IMG/VR virus record: IMGVR_UViG_3300048924_000203
Location: 22,232 to 86,231 of that record
Source of the DNA: a virus
Lineage: Duplodnaviria; Heunggongvirae; Uroviricota; Caudoviricetes
Reading direction: 5' to 3' (one strand)
Length of the DNA stretch: 64,000 nucleotides
Below are positions 9,763 through 19,459 of the stretch, piece by piece. Numbering within the stretch: position 1 is the first letter of the stretch; the number at the start of each line of letters is the position of its first letter. The notes beneath the pieces are model-generated. The model ran no database searches. It was not told the origin of the DNA and saw only the letters and a program-made list of their open reading frames with translations. Made by a program: the position numbers and the translations under genes.

Positions 9763-10412
9763 CCGCTGAATCTCTCACTGCCCGCCCACCGATCCCGGCC
9801 ATGTGCGAGCACCGACCGACCACAGGTGGTGTCGTAATCCCCTGGGGCAATGTCCAACTGGCGGACGGCGGCTGCGACTTCCGAGGCCAGCACGAATCCC
9901 GTATCCAACGATGCTGGCTCGAGAACCGCTGCCAGATCTGCGGCGAGACGATGCCGGATCGGCCGATCGTTCTGTTCGGCGGGCCCAACCAGATCCGGCG
10001 CCTGCAGTTCGACGAGCCACCGATGCACCCGGCGTGCGCCGTGTACGCATCGCAGGCATGCCCGATGGTCGCTGGCCGGCAGAGTCACTACGCGGACCGT
10101 GCCACGGTCAGCGACGGGCCGCGGGCGGCGAAATGCCCCGAGCCTGGCTGTGACTGCGGAGGTTTCGTCCAGACCCCGGGACTCACGGCGGCACCCGGCG
10201 GCGACCCGGCGCACAACTGGTACGCGGTCTACGTGTCGGGCATCGCGCTCTGCGTCTCCGAGCATCGGCCCGACCGGATCCACTCCTGCATGGTCTCGCC
10301 GGGCCAGGTGTTGGCGATCCGGCACGTGTCGACGCCCGGTGTTGGCCGTGTGTGGAAACGCACCACGCTGGACCAGGCAGCCAGTAATAGCAAAGGAGCA
10401 CAGGGTGATTGA
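9759..10412 (+). CDS. Cys-rich hypothetical protein
   Basis: ORF track. Confidence 0.55.
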   Translation: MTAESLTARPPIPAMCEHRPTTGGVVIPWGNVQLADGGCDFRGQHESRIQRCWLENRCQICGETMPDRPIVLFGGPNQIRRLQFDEPPMHPACAVYASQACPMVAGRQSHYADRATVSDGPRAAKCPEPGCDCGGFVQTPGLTAAPGGDPAHNWYAVYVSGIALCVSEHRPDRIHSCMVSPGQVLAIRHVSTPGVGRVWKRTTLDQAASNSKGAQGD

Positions 10413-10884
10413 CCTCGAAGCTGTTCGTTCCGCCTATGCGAACGGTGAATCCCGCACCAGCATCGCTGCACGACTCGGCATCAGCTACAACGAGGTCTGG
10501 CGGATCATCCGCGCCGGCACATTCACACCGACTGCCGACGGTCACATCAGCGACCAGCTGCCCCGCAACTCCAGCACCTACACCAACTACCGCTGCCGCT
10601 GCGACGACTGCAGCGCCGCCGGCAGACTGAACTCACGCGAACGCTCCTGCGACTACCGAACCCGCATGCCCGCCGAGGTCCGCGCACGTGCGAAGGCACG
10701 AAAACTCAAGCGCGACCAGCGGTTGCGCGACGAAACCGCCGCTGCCGCTACGAAACACGGACAACCGTGGACGTTCGAGGAGATCGACGTGGCCTGCGAC
10801 CCGACTCTGTCAGCGCGCGAGGCGGCGCTGCGCATCGGCCGGTCGATCGACACCGTCAAGAAGATGCGGCGCCGCCGTGCCTGA
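10405..10884 (+). CDS. DNA-binding protein with two helix-turn-helix-like segments
   Basis: GTG start after AAAGGAG; helix-turn-helix segments SIAARLGISYNEVWRII and LSAREAALRIGRSIDTVKKM. Confidence 0.55.
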   Translation: MIDLEAVRSAYANGESRTSIAARLGISYNEVWRIIRAGTFTPTADGHISDQLPRNSSTYTNYRCRCDDCSAAGRLNSRERSCDYRTRMPAEVRARAKARKLKRDQRLRDETAAAATKHGQPWTFEEIDVACDPTLSAREAALRIGRSIDTVKKMRRRRA

Positions 10885-10911
10885 ACGTCACCCTCGAAGG
10901 AGCAGCCAGCG

Positions 10912-11253
10912 ATGAACCACCAGACGTATCAGGCCAGCGCCGGGCAGACCGAGCTGTCCAAGGCCATCGCCAAACACGCACGCCAACGATTGGAGCACCG
11001 GCTGTTCGCACCCACCAGCAAGGACGTGGCGAAGCCCTGCCGGGTCAGCTACGGCTGGTGCTTCGTGCACATGGCCAAGGAGCTACCTCCCGAGCCGGTG
11101 GTCGCCGTGGGCCAGTTCCAGATCGCCCGTAGCAATGAGCTGGAGATCGACCTGCGGGACGTCCACCCCGAGGTGGTTAGCGCGCTCACCGACCCTACGT
11201 GGGGCATTGACGCCGAGCCCGTGGGGTTCAAGGAGGTCGGCGGCGATGACTGA
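10912..11253 (+). CDS. hypothetical protein
   Basis: ORF track; ribosome binding site GAAGGAG. Confidence 0.55.
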   Translation: MNHQTYQASAGQTELSKAIAKHARQRLEHRLFAPTSKDVAKPCRVSYGWCFVHMAKELPPEPVVAVGQFQIARSNELEIDLRDVHPEVVSALTDPTWGIDAEPVGFKEVGGDD

Positions 11254-11662
11254 CACCCCAATCGAGATCACCTCAGCGGTGGACCAGGAATTCCTGAGCG
11301 ATCCCGACAACGGCATCCTCGGCGACTGCTGGCGCGCCTGCATCGCCACGGTCCTCGGTCTACCGGGCTCGGTCGTCCCGCACTTCATCCGCGACCACGG
11401 CGACGAATGGCTGGAGGCCACTGAGGACTGGCTGATAGCCAACGGGCATCCAAGGCTCTACTATTTCCCGGTTCGATTCCCAATCGCAGACCTGTTGCGG
11501 CCGTTTGTGATCCTCGTCGGGCCAAGCCCCCGAGGAGTAGCCCACGCGGTGGTGGCCGACGCGGACACCGGCGAGATGGTCCACGATCCGCATCCGTCGC
11601 GCGACGGTCTCGTATCCCACGCCGCTGTCTATGCCTTCGATGAGTTCCCGGAGGACGACTGA
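11250..11662 (+). CDS. hypothetical protein (possible papain-like Cys/His fold)
   Basis: ATGA-overlap start; CWRAC ... GVAHAVV motifs. Confidence 0.5.
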
Positions 11663-11892
11663 TGCCGGAGCCCCTCGTTGTCCGCCTGTCCGACCATCCC
11701 GCTGACACCTACATCGTGCCCTGCAGCTGCACACACCAGTTCAGTGACCACGCACGCGGCGGAAACCGGTGCACAGCACCCGACTCCTACGGCTGCCGCT
11801 GCGAGTGCCCCTCGTACGAGCCTGACCCGAATGGCTCGATGCGTGACGTCATCTTCGAAGTGCCTGATTCGACAGTGAGGAAGCTGCGATGA
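11662..11892 (+). CDS. Cys-rich hypothetical protein
   Basis: ORF track. Confidence 0.45.
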   Translation: MPEPLVVRLSDHPADTYIVPCSCTHQFSDHARGGNRCTAPDSYGCRCECPSYEPDPNGSMRDVIFEVPDSTVRKLR

Positions 11893-12311
11893 CCATGCGC
11901 ATCAAGGTCGCCCCGGCCGTCCAGTGCTGGAGCCCAAACATCTACGACGCCAACGGTGTCATGACCTACGAGCTGAAGCCGTTCTCCGAGGACCCCCGAT
12001 GCCTTTTCGGGTGGGGCCCGCCGACGCGCGGCTGCCACTGCATGTTCGGCCACACGTGCATCCGTGAACTCGGGCACCGCGGCAAGTGCGTGGACGGAAC
12101 TGAGGACGGAGCGAAATGCAGTAGCGCACAACGCCCGAAGAACTGGGACTCAAGGGAACGGGAACGCTGCAACGGCTCCTGCCCAGACTGCCACGGACCC
12201 ATCGACATCGGCGGCGCGTCGGACAAGCAGTGCGCGGTTGGACGCTACGGAACCGATAACCCCAACTGCTGCAGCACCTGCGGCGGCTGCTGCTGCGACG
12301 GAGCCTGCTGA
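11889..12311 (+). CDS. Cys-rich hypothetical protein with C-terminal CCSTCGGCCCDGAC
   Basis: ORF track; ATGA overlap. Confidence 0.5.
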   Translation: MTMRIKVAPAVQCWSPNIYDANGVMTYELKPFSEDPRCLFGWGPPTRGCHCMFGHTCIRELGHRGKCVDGTEDGAKCSSAQRPKNWDSRERERCNGSCPDCHGPIDIGGASDKQCAVGRYGTDNPNCCSTCGGCCCDGAC

Positions 12312-12535
12312 TGCGTACACACACCCCGCCTGTCGTCACGACCCGCGAGGACGGCACCAACTCAACACGTCACACCGTCCAACGCGTCTGCAACGGCTGT
12401 CACCGTGGCATCGGCGACGTCACCGAAGACGAGATGAACTGCATCACCTCCGGTCGACCGCTGCCCGATGTTCGGCATGAATGCCCTTGGTGCGCACTGT
12501 TCCTTGCCGAGGAACGGGCGAATGGCCATGCCTGA
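12311..12535 (+). CDS. hypothetical protein
   Basis: ORF track. Confidence 0.4.
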   Translation: MRTHTPPVVTTREDGTNSTRHTVQRVCNGCHRGIGDVTEDEMNCITSGRPLPDVRHECPWCALFLAEERANGHA

Positions 12536-12848
12536 CGAACCTTGCACGCTAACGACCGCTGACCACGCCGAAGCGCTCCACCAAGCATTCCAAGACGGCT
12601 ACGCCGCAGGACGAGCATCACGCGGCGGCATCCTGGACCCATGCCCCGGCAGCGGCCGGCCACCCTCGAAGATCACCCGCGCGATCACCGACCCGCTCGC
12701 CCGCCCGTACCGCGGTCTATGCCCAACCTGCGGTCGCGAATACACGCTCACCGACCGCGGCAAGACTGTCCGCAAGCACCGGAGAAACGAAGCGCCCAAT
12801 CAGGCAGAAAAGGAGAACCGCGATGTCGAAAAAGACGCAGTCCATTGA
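12522..12848 (+). CDS. hypothetical protein (overlaps its neighbours)
   Basis: ATG in ORF 12468..12848. Confidence 0.35.
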   Translation: MAMPDEPCTLTTADHAEALHQAFQDGYAAGRASRGGILDPCPGSGRPPSKITRAITDPLARPYRGLCPTCGREYTLTDRGKTVRKHRRNEAPNQAEKENRDVEKDAVH

Positions 12849-13344
12849 GAACAAGGACAGGGCGCGTAGAGCCGTTGACCTGAAAATCGCCGGGGCCACG
12901 TGGAAGCAAATCGCCGACGAACTCGGGATGGATTCAGAGTCCGGTCCCCGGCTGTTGGTGATGCGGTATTTCGAGAAGACCGCTAAAACGCAATTCGAGG
13001 AAATGCACCCGATCCTCCTCGAACGCTCCGAAGCGCTGTGGCGGAAAGCCTGGGCGAAGTTGAATGCCGTGCAGGCGAACGGGTCAATGGAAGACTGGGA
13101 CAAGGCCATGCGCCGATGCATCGACGTCCTCCAGAGCCTTGCTCGTATCAGCGGTTTGGGTAACGGCCCAGCGATTCAGGTGAACATCACCACCCCTGAG
13201 GACGTAAAGAAGCTCCGCGATGAATTCATGGAATTGCGCGGAATCAGTAATGCCATCGACGCGGAAATCATCGAGGATGAAGAAATGGTCGGAGGCGCTG
13301 AAATCGTCACGGTAAACGACCCGAGTGACGCACCTGTTGCATAG
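12823..13344 (+). CDS. helix-turn-helix DNA-binding protein (terminase-small-subunit-like or sigma region-4-like)
   Basis: Ribosome binding site AAAGGAGAA; N-terminal helix-turn-helix KIAGATWKQIADELGM; AAA/GAA-rich codons unlike neighbours. Confidence 0.55.
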   Translation: MSKKTQSIENKDRARRAVDLKIAGATWKQIADELGMDSESGPRLLVMRYFEKTAKTQFEEMHPILLERSEALWRKAWAKLNAVQANGSMEDWDKAMRRCIDVLQSLARISGLGNGPAIQVNITTPEDVKKLRDEFMELRGISNAIDAEIIEDEEMVGGAEIVTVNDPSDAPVA

Positions 13345-13382
13345 GATTAAAACAGTCAATAACCAGCAGAAAGGCCGCAAGA

Positions 13383-13808
13383 GTGATTCAAATAGCGACG
13401 TGTTCCTACGGGGAATTCAAGCCGGAAATGGGGATGCCGATCCGCACCAGCAACGGATTCCCGAAATGGTTCGCGCACCAGACCGTGGCATGGGAAAGCA
13501 CGTATCCGAAGTGGCACTGGATGAAGCTGCCGTACGAGGACTTCCACTCCCGGTACGTGCGCATGCTGGACGAGGTCGGCGCCGACACGCTCCGCGCCGA
13601 TCTGGAGTTCATGGCCGACACGTACGAGAAACTCACCGGCAGCCGGCCGGAGCGGGCAGTGCTGCTCTGCTACGAGAAGCTGTCCAAGGGCTCCTGGTGC
13701 CACCGCACGATGCTCTCGACGTATCTCACGGAGCACCTGGGCTGCACCGTCGTCGAGCTCGGCGCCGTACCTGTCGCGCTGCCTGATCCCGAGCCGACGC
13801 TGTGGTGA
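13383..13808 (+). CDS. hypothetical protein (possible DUF488-like)
   Basis: ORF track; weak resemblance only. Confidence 0.5.
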   Translation: MIQIATCSYGEFKPEMGMPIRTSNGFPKWFAHQTVAWESTYPKWHWMKLPYEDFHSRYVRMLDEVGADTLRADLEFMADTYEKLTGSRPERAVLLCYEKLSKGSWCHRTMLSTYLTEHLGCTVVELGAVPVALPDPEPTLW

Positions 13809-14050
13809 CAAGCCCGCGCCCGTGCTCGCCGTTCCGGGGACGGCACATCAGCATCCAGATCGGATCGGCCGCCGGCCGCGAAGGCGTCAAGGAACTCGTC
13901 GACAAGGCATTCGAGTACTACGACCGGATCGGGCCGGACGGTACCAACGAAGACGGGAAGCTGATCATGGGCACCGACGTGCCCGGGAACGGCTGCGCCA
14001 TGGTGTACGTGTGGCCACCCGACCACGCGGTGGTGTGCACATGCGAGTGA
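13802..14050 (+). CDS. hypothetical protein
   Basis: ORF track; GTG start. Confidence 0.4.
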   Translation: MVTSPRPCSPFRGRHISIQIGSAAGREGVKELVDKAFEYYDRIGPDGTNEDGKLIMGTDVPGNGCAMVYVWPPDHAVVCTCE

Positions 14051-14466
14051 CTGCTGCCGGAGCGGTGGCTGGCCCAGCTCCGCGTCCTTGCTCTTCGTGC
14101 CCGTATCGGCAGGATGTGCCTTCCGGGATATGGGACGCAAGCGAATACAACAAGCTGCCGGCATACGACCGCGACACCGGTGAGCAGCCAGCCAGCTTGT
14201 TCCTGTGCCACCAAACCAACGCCGATGACGCTAAGTCGGGGTTGTGCGCCGGATGGGTGGCATGCCACGGCCAGGAACTGCTCGCCCTGCGCCTCGCAAT
14301 CACGATGGGCCGCGTCGCCCCAGCGGTCATGGCCTACTCCACAGACATTCCGCTCTTCCAATCCGGTTCAGCCGCAGCGGAACACGGCAAAGCCGAGATC
14401 GCGCATCCTGACCGACGCGCGGTCTCAGCGACTCGCAAGGTCGCCGCGCGAAGGGGACTGGCATGA
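14041..14466 (+). CDS. Cys-rich hypothetical protein
   Basis: ATG inside ORF 13822..14466. Confidence 0.4.
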   Translation: MRVTAAGAVAGPAPRPCSSCPYRQDVPSGIWDASEYNKLPAYDRDTGEQPASLFLCHQTNADDAKSGLCAGWVACHGQELLALRLAITMGRVAPAVMAYSTDIPLFQSGSAAAEHGKAEIAHPDRRAVSATRKVAARRGLA

Positions 14467-14642
14467 CCGCATCTCACGACCGCGGAATCTACTGCCGATG
14501 CGCCGACATGCCCATCCTGCCCGACGTGGGGCGCGCCCTGGGATGTCACCAGAACGGAGGGTGCCCAGAACTGCGCGCGCTTGGTTGCTCAGCAGACGAT
14601 CCTCACCAGCGCTCTTCCGAATCGACTGAAAGAACACGATGA
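14463..14642 (+). CDS. hypothetical small Cys-rich protein
   Basis: ATGA overlaps at both ends. Confidence 0.3.
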   Translation: MTASHDRGIYCRCADMPILPDVGRALGCHQNGGCPELRALGCSADDPHQRSSESTERTR

Positions 14643-15355
14643 AATTCCACGAACTAACCCGGCAGGCCCGCAGCGCAATGCAGAAGCGAGGCTGGATGGA
14701 CAGCCGCCTCGACGACACGCTGCGATCCCGCGTAGCCCGGGCAGCCGGCGACTGGAACCACTGGTGGGATTGGGGCCACCCAGCCATGTGGCTCGTCGGC
14801 CGCTACGACACCGGATCAGCCGGCGTCCCACGCGGCCGCGACCTCTGGTGGATCCCCACCGAGTACGTCGAACACCCACTCGCCGGCTCACTGGTCGCAG
14901 ACTGCGAGCAGCGATTCGGCTGCTACATCACCACCGACTACAACGTTGTCCGCTCGTCGGCCGCCGAAATCGACTGGCGTATCTACGACCTGCAAGACGA
15001 CGGCCGCACCGTCAAGGTCGGGCTCTGGCCCAACCAGCCCGAGCACGGGGGCCGCATGCAGCCGCTGCCGTGGCAGGAGCTGAAGGTCGACCTGTTCCTC
15101 TGGTGGTACGTCTGGCAACACAAGGGAGTCGCCCAGTGGTTCGGCCTGCGCCGCTGGGCGTACTACAAGGCGCTCCACGCGGCGGTCAACAGGAAGGTCC
15201 CGTTCACCTGCCAGCAGGTGCCACCACCGAACTCGGGCGGCTACTCGCACTGGTATTGCCAGCTGAAGCGCCGTCACGCCGGAGACCACCGCGTCGGGGC
15301 CTACACCTGGTCCACGGGCCGTGTTCAGCGCTCGCCAATCGAGGCAAGCAAATGA
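14639..15355 (+). CDS. Trp-rich hypothetical protein
   Basis: ORF track. Confidence 0.55.
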   Translation: MKFHELTRQARSAMQKRGWMDSRLDDTLRSRVARAAGDWNHWWDWGHPAMWLVGRYDTGSAGVPRGRDLWWIPTEYVEHPLAGSLVADCEQRFGCYITTDYNVVRSSAAEIDWRIYDLQDDGRTVKVGLWPNQPEHGGRMQPLPWQELKVDLFLWWYVWQHKGVAQWFGLRRWAYYKALHAAVNRKVPFTCQQVPPPNSGGYSHWYCQLKRRHAGDHRVGAYTWSTGRVQRSPIEASK

Positions 15356-15546
15356 GCGACGAGACCCACGCCACCGAAGACGAAGCTCTCAAAGAGGCGC
15401 GCATCCGGAACAACGAGCGCCACCGGATTGCGTACCTGCTGGAGCAGAGCGGCGACACTCTCGTGAGCTACCTGAGCGATCCGCGTGACGCCGTGAAGCT
15501 GATCGCGTATCTGCTTCGGCTCGAAGCGAACAGGACAGCCGAATGA
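15352..15546 (+). CDS. hypothetical protein
   Basis: ATGA-overlap start. Confidence 0.4.
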   Translation: MSDETHATEDEALKEARIRNNERHRIAYLLEQSGDTLVSYLSDPRDAVKLIAYLLRLEANRTAE

Positions 15547-15740
15547 GCAACGAACCGATCGCGCACGTCTATGCGCAGGAAGACCAAGACGGCAAGTGGC
15601 AGTGGTGGATTACCTCACTCGGCAACAACGCCACCCTGGCCAAATCGGCACGCAAGTACTCCACGAAACGCGCCGCACTCAAGTCAGCACAGAAAGTCGC
15701 GTCACTCGGCGCCCTCGAAATCGATTGGCGGAACCAGTGA
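15543..15740 (+). CDS. hypothetical protein
   Basis: ORF track. Confidence 0.45.
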   Translation: MSNEPIAHVYAQEDQDGKWQWWITSLGNNATLAKSARKYSTKRAALKSAQKVASLGALEIDWRNQ

Positions 15741-16129
15741 GCGACGAACTGCGCGACATCACCCCCGCGAAAGTGCTTGCCGCTCATCAGCAACGGTTTG
15801 ATCCACGAGCCAGCTTCTGGGAAGTGTCCTGCACTTGCGGCGAGTGGAAGGCCGAAGCGAACGACCTGCATGCATCGAAAGTCCAACTGCACGCCGAACA
15901 CCAACTGGCCGCGCTCAAGGCTTCTGGCTACGAGGTGGTGAAACTGCCCGAACCGATGTGTCCTGGACGGCCAGAGATTGCCGCAGGGAACGGCGCCATC
16001 ACTTCACACGACGGCCACGACGTGCTGATCGCATTCCCCGGCGAGGCGCACCGATGGCGGTCACCTCGCATGGCCAGAGTCTTGGCCGGCTCGATCCTGG
16101 CTTCGGCGGCGGATGCGGACGGTGCCTGA
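15737..16129 (+). CDS. hypothetical protein
   Basis: GTGA-overlap start. Confidence 0.45.
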   Translation: MSDELRDITPAKVLAAHQQRFDPRASFWEVSCTCGEWKAEANDLHASKVQLHAEHQLAALKASGYEVVKLPEPMCPGRPEIAAGNGAITSHDGHDVLIAFPGEAHRWRSPRMARVLAGSILASAADADGA

Positions 16130-16410
16130 TGAGCCGATCGCGAATCATCAAGTTCGATGACGGCGGAACTGTCACCCTTCCGGACGTCGAAGCGAATGGC
16201 GTCACCGCGCTCGGTTGCTGGGTCAAGTCGAGCCCCATTCCCGGCACGCTGCCCTGGGAATGGGTGATCACCAACATGCCCGTCTGGGCCGTGACTGGAA
16301 TGTCGGCTGGCTACACGGCAACGCAGTGCGAAGCGCAACAGGCAGCACTGAGGGCGCTCGATTTCTGGGAGTCGTACGGCTACAACGTGAATCGGGACGG
16401 TGCGCGGTGA
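16129..16410 (+). CDS. hypothetical protein
   Basis: TGATG-overlap start. Confidence 0.4.
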   Translation: MSRSRIIKFDDGGTVTLPDVEANGVTALGCWVKSSPIPGTLPWEWVITNMPVWAVTGMSAGYTATQCEAQQAALRALDFWESYGYNVNRDGAR

Positions 16411-16754
16411 GGTACCCGAACGACATCGTCAACGAGGACTACGGGCTGCACCGAATCCACAAGGGACACGGCCTGGATCGGGACATGCTGCTCGTCGACC
16501 TTGAAGAACACGGCGACCGCCGGCGGGCAGGCGATGAACTCGTCGTCAAAGAGGTCTACCTGCGCTACGTGCCCCGCGTGAAGTGGTGCCAGAACTTGGA
16601 CGGCTGGGGCTGCGGGCAGGAGGGGGATTGGCATCCGCACTGGGTTGAGATCAAACAGCACCCCGACCACGCATTCACCGTCGTCCATTGGGGCGATGAC
16701 GACGACCCGCGCAACACCGATTGGACCCACAGCACCGGAAACGAGCCTCGATGA
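16407..16754 (+). CDS. hypothetical protein
   Basis: GTGA-overlap start inside ORF 16215..16754. Confidence 0.4.
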   Translation: MRYPNDIVNEDYGLHRIHKGHGLDRDMLLVDLEEHGDRRRAGDELVVKEVYLRYVPRVKWCQNLDGWGCGQEGDWHPHWVEIKQHPDHAFTVVHWGDDDDPRNTDWTHSTGNEPR

Positions 16755-17155
16755 GCGCCGAATTCCCCAGCCTCGCCGAGGTACTCGCCAAGCACCTGCA
16801 TAACGACGAAGGCGGCGGGCACGTTTGGTGCTCCTGCGAATCACACGCACAGTTCGGCCAGCTAGAGGTAATCAGCGAAGCCACCTACCTCGCGCACATC
16901 GAGCGCCGGTGGTTGGAGGCCCGCACGATCCGCACCGTCGACCAGCTCGACACGCTTCCTCCCGGTGCGATCGTGCTCACGGCCAGCCCACGCCTCATCC
17001 CCAGCTCATGCATCTGGATCAGAGACACCAGCGACGAGCACGGCCACTGGTGGAACTACCGCGGCGACGACTCATTCACCAGCGCTGACGTCCTGTACGA
17101 GAAGCCCGAGATCGCGCTCCTGCTCCACCACCCTGATTGGCCAGTGCCGCAATGA
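16751..17155 (+). CDS. hypothetical protein
   Basis: ATGA-overlap start. Confidence 0.45.
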   Translation: MSAEFPSLAEVLAKHLHNDEGGGHVWCSCESHAQFGQLEVISEATYLAHIERRWLEARTIRTVDQLDTLPPGAIVLTASPRLIPSSCIWIRDTSDEHGHWWNYRGDDSFTSADVLYEKPEIALLLHHPDWPVPQ

Positions 17156-17628
17156 GCGAGAAGCTGACCGGCGACGAGTACATGGAGCTTCTCCAGAGGC
17201 GGCTGGACGAGTACGTGAAGGCGCAGCGTGAGCGGATCGCGGCATCGGGCGTCACCCCACGACTGAGCCCGTTTCCTCCGCTGCTGACGTGGTTCATCCG
17301 GCCCGGCGACGAAGACCTGGTGGAGCTTCCACCCGATCCGGCGCCGAAGGTCCGCGAGCCGCGCCAGTACCGGCCGGCCTCGTACTGGCGCGAGCGGGTG
17401 GCGGCGATCGAGGCAGAGATGGAGGCGGTTGCGGCGCGTGCCAGTGTCGGCGACCGGGCCGCAGCCGGCGGGTGTGCGCTCGGACCGAAGCGCACTGCAG
17501 CCCACCAGAAGCGCGCTGACCAGGCGCTATCGCGGTACGTCGAGCTGGACAAGAAGCTGCAGGTCGCCAAGGGCCGGCTGTGCAGCGCGCAAGCCAGAGA
17601 AGCACGTCACGAAGGAGCACGCAAATGA
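17152..17628 (+). CDS. hypothetical protein
   Basis: ATGA-overlap start. Confidence 0.5.
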   Translation: MSEKLTGDEYMELLQRRLDEYVKAQRERIAASGVTPRLSPFPPLLTWFIRPGDEDLVELPPDPAPKVREPRQYRPASYWRERVAAIEAEMEAVAARASVGDRAAAGGCALGPKRTAAHQKRADQALSRYVELDKKLQVAKGRLCSAQAREARHEGARK

Positions 17629-17960
17629 ACCGAGCGCAACGCCGAGCAGCTGCACGCGAGCCCGACCCGCGCATCTGCGAACACGGAAACCCCAAGAAGA
17701 CCGACGGCAATGGCGAGCCTATGTGTCCGCACGGCTGTGGGTTCGTCGACAAACCAGTGAAGCGTCACCGCTGCTGCGGGAACGCCGCCAGCGGACAGCA
17801 CAGGCCCACTTGCCCACGCCGCCCGACGAAGCGACTCCGTCGGCGCACAAACGACAACGCCGCGGTGGTGGTGCTGATGCCACCTCAGCACGGGCGACCA
17901 CAGACCGCGGTGACGAAGGCCATCCGCAAGTACCTCGACATCAACCTTCAAGGCCGTTAA
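17625..17960 (+). CDS. basic Cys-rich hypothetical protein
   Basis: ATGA-overlap start. Confidence 0.45.
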   Translation: MNRAQRRAAAREPDPRICEHGNPKKTDGNGEPMCPHGCGFVDKPVKRHRCCGNAASGQHRPTCPRRPTKRLRRRTNDNAAVVVLMPPQHGRPQTAVTKAIRKYLDINLQGR

Positions 17961-17974
17961 GCGGGCCGCGTCAC

Positions 17975-17986
17975 GCCCCTTGCATA
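17975..17986 (+). promoter_or_regulatory. GCCCCTTGCATA 12-mer (site A)
   Basis: Exact 12-mer found three times, always intergenic; flanked by GTCAC..GTGAC. Confidence 0.4.
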
Positions 17987-18000
17987 CAGTGACGCTCACT

Positions 18001-18020
18001 CCGCCCGCAAGGCGGGGGAC
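18001..18020 (+). terminator. stem-loop CCGCCCGCAAGGCGGGGG
   Basis: GC-rich hairpin downstream of the stop at 17960. Confidence 0.35.
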
Positions 18021-18127
18021 TGCGCAGTTGGGGTAGTTGAAACCCGGCCCGCTTCCAGCGGGAAGCCTCCAGTTCGTTACTGGGACTGCGCTCAAACAGT
18101 AGGGCCTTGGAAGGGGAAGGAGCCCCA

Positions 18128-19459
18128 TTGTTCGCCGGCACGATCGAAGTCGAAGTCCGGGCAATGGTTCAGGAACACGTCCGGTCATGGGGCGTCAACG
18201 ACGTCTACATCGGCTGCAGCGGCAACTTCAGCATCGAACGGTTCCTCGGCCCGCTCGGGCACCGGATGCACGGCAACGACGTGTCGATCTACACGTGCCA
18301 GCTCGGCAAGTACCTGTCCGGCCAGTTCGTCGACTACACCATCCGCCCCGAGTCCGCGGAGGAGCTGGCGTGGCTCGAACCGTTCATGGAGACGGACGCC
18401 GACCGGATCGCGACCCTGATGCTCGGCACACGGTTCCTGCAGTTCGTCGGCAAGACCGGCGCGTACTTCGACCGGATGCTCGACGGCTTCCAGCGGCAAT
18501 TCCCGGAGATGCACGCCGCGACCAAGGCCAAGGTGGAGGCCGTCGAGACCCGGTTGGCGTCGTTTCACGTCATGGACGTGCGCGACTGGCTCCGCAACAT
18601 CGTCCCCCCAGAGGGCGCCGTGGCCAGTTTTCCACCCTTCGATATTGGTGGGTACGAGACCATGTGGAAGCCCCTCGACCAGCATTTCGAGTGGGCCGAA
18701 CCGGACTACGACATCCTGGACGAGAAGGGTATCCACGACACCCTTGAGCTGATCATGGACCGGGACCACTGGATCCTCGCGTCGAACCACCGCAGGCCGG
18801 AGTGGGAGGAGCGGCTGGTCGGCGTCGTGCAGACGTCGCCGCGGCGCCGGCCGAACTACGTGTATGCGTCGACGGAGAAGACGCGGATCGTGAAGCCCCG
18901 CACAGTGCTTGAGCCGGTCAAGGTCCCACGATTGGGTAGGGGCGACCGGATCGGCGACACCCTGAAGCTCGCGCCTCTCACTCTGCCGCAGTTCAACATG
19001 CTGCGGGCGCAGTACCTGAATCCGAAGATCCGCACCGCCGCGCCATCGGCGTCGTTCGCGGTCCTGTCGGAGGGTCGGATCATCGGCGCCGTCGCCGTGC
19101 TGCCCGGCAAGTTCGATCCGGATGAGATCTACCTGATGTCGGACTTCGCGGTTGCGTCGTCGGACTACTCGAAGTTGTCGAAACTCGTTGTCATGGCTGC
19201 TTGTTCGAAAGAATTGCAGCATTTGATGCAGAACGCGATGTCGCGGCCGATCCGGAAGGTTGCGACAACCGCGTTCACGCAGCGCCCGGTCTCGATGAAG
19301 TACCGCGGGCTGCTCGATCTGTCGAAGCGATCCGATTCCACGGATCCCGAGTTCGCGTACGAGCTGCAGTACGGCGGCACGGTCGGCCGCTGGACCTTGA
19401 CCGAGGCTGTGGCGGAGTGGCGTAAGCGTGGCTGGGACACGGTGAAAGGCGAAGAGTGA
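18128..19459 (+). CDS. hypothetical protein (443 aa); possibly a divergent gamma-class methyltransferase-like N-terminal domain
   Basis: TTG start after GGGAAGGAGCCC; YIGCSGNFS and FPPF motifs spaced as in Dam; GTGA-coupled to the ParB-like gene. Confidence 0.55.
   Translation: MFAGTIEVEVRAMVQEHVRSWGVNDVYIGCSGNFSIERFLGPLGHRMHGNDVSIYTCQLGKYLSGQFVDYTIRPESAEELAWLEPFMETDADRIATLMLGTRFLQFVGKTGAYFDRMLDGFQRQFPEMHAATKAKVEAVETRLASFHVMDVRDWLRNIVPPEGAVASFPPFDIGGYETMWKPLDQHFEWAEPDYDILDEKGIHDTLELIMDRDHWILASNHRRPEWEERLVGVVQTSPRRRPNYVYASTEKTRIVKPRTVLEPVKVPRLGRGDRIGDTLKLAPLTLPQFNMLRAQYLNPKIRTAAPSASFAVLSEGRIIGAVAVLPGKFDPDEIYLMSDFAVASSDYSKLSKLVVMAACSKELQHLMQNAMSRPIRKVATTAFTQRPVSMKYRGLLDLSKRSDSTDPEFAYELQYGGTVGRWTLTEAVAEWRKRGWDTVKGEE

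Noticed and set aside
16370-16450. Apparent one-base frame inconsistency while hand-translating near 16380
   Set aside because: The ORF track reads through cleanly, so this is most likely my reading error and not a real frameshift.
18038-18100. tRNA-like sequence (GGGACTGCGC..TTCGTT)
   Set aside because: It is a direct repeat of GGGACTGCGC, not an inverted acceptor stem; no cloverleaf can be drawn.
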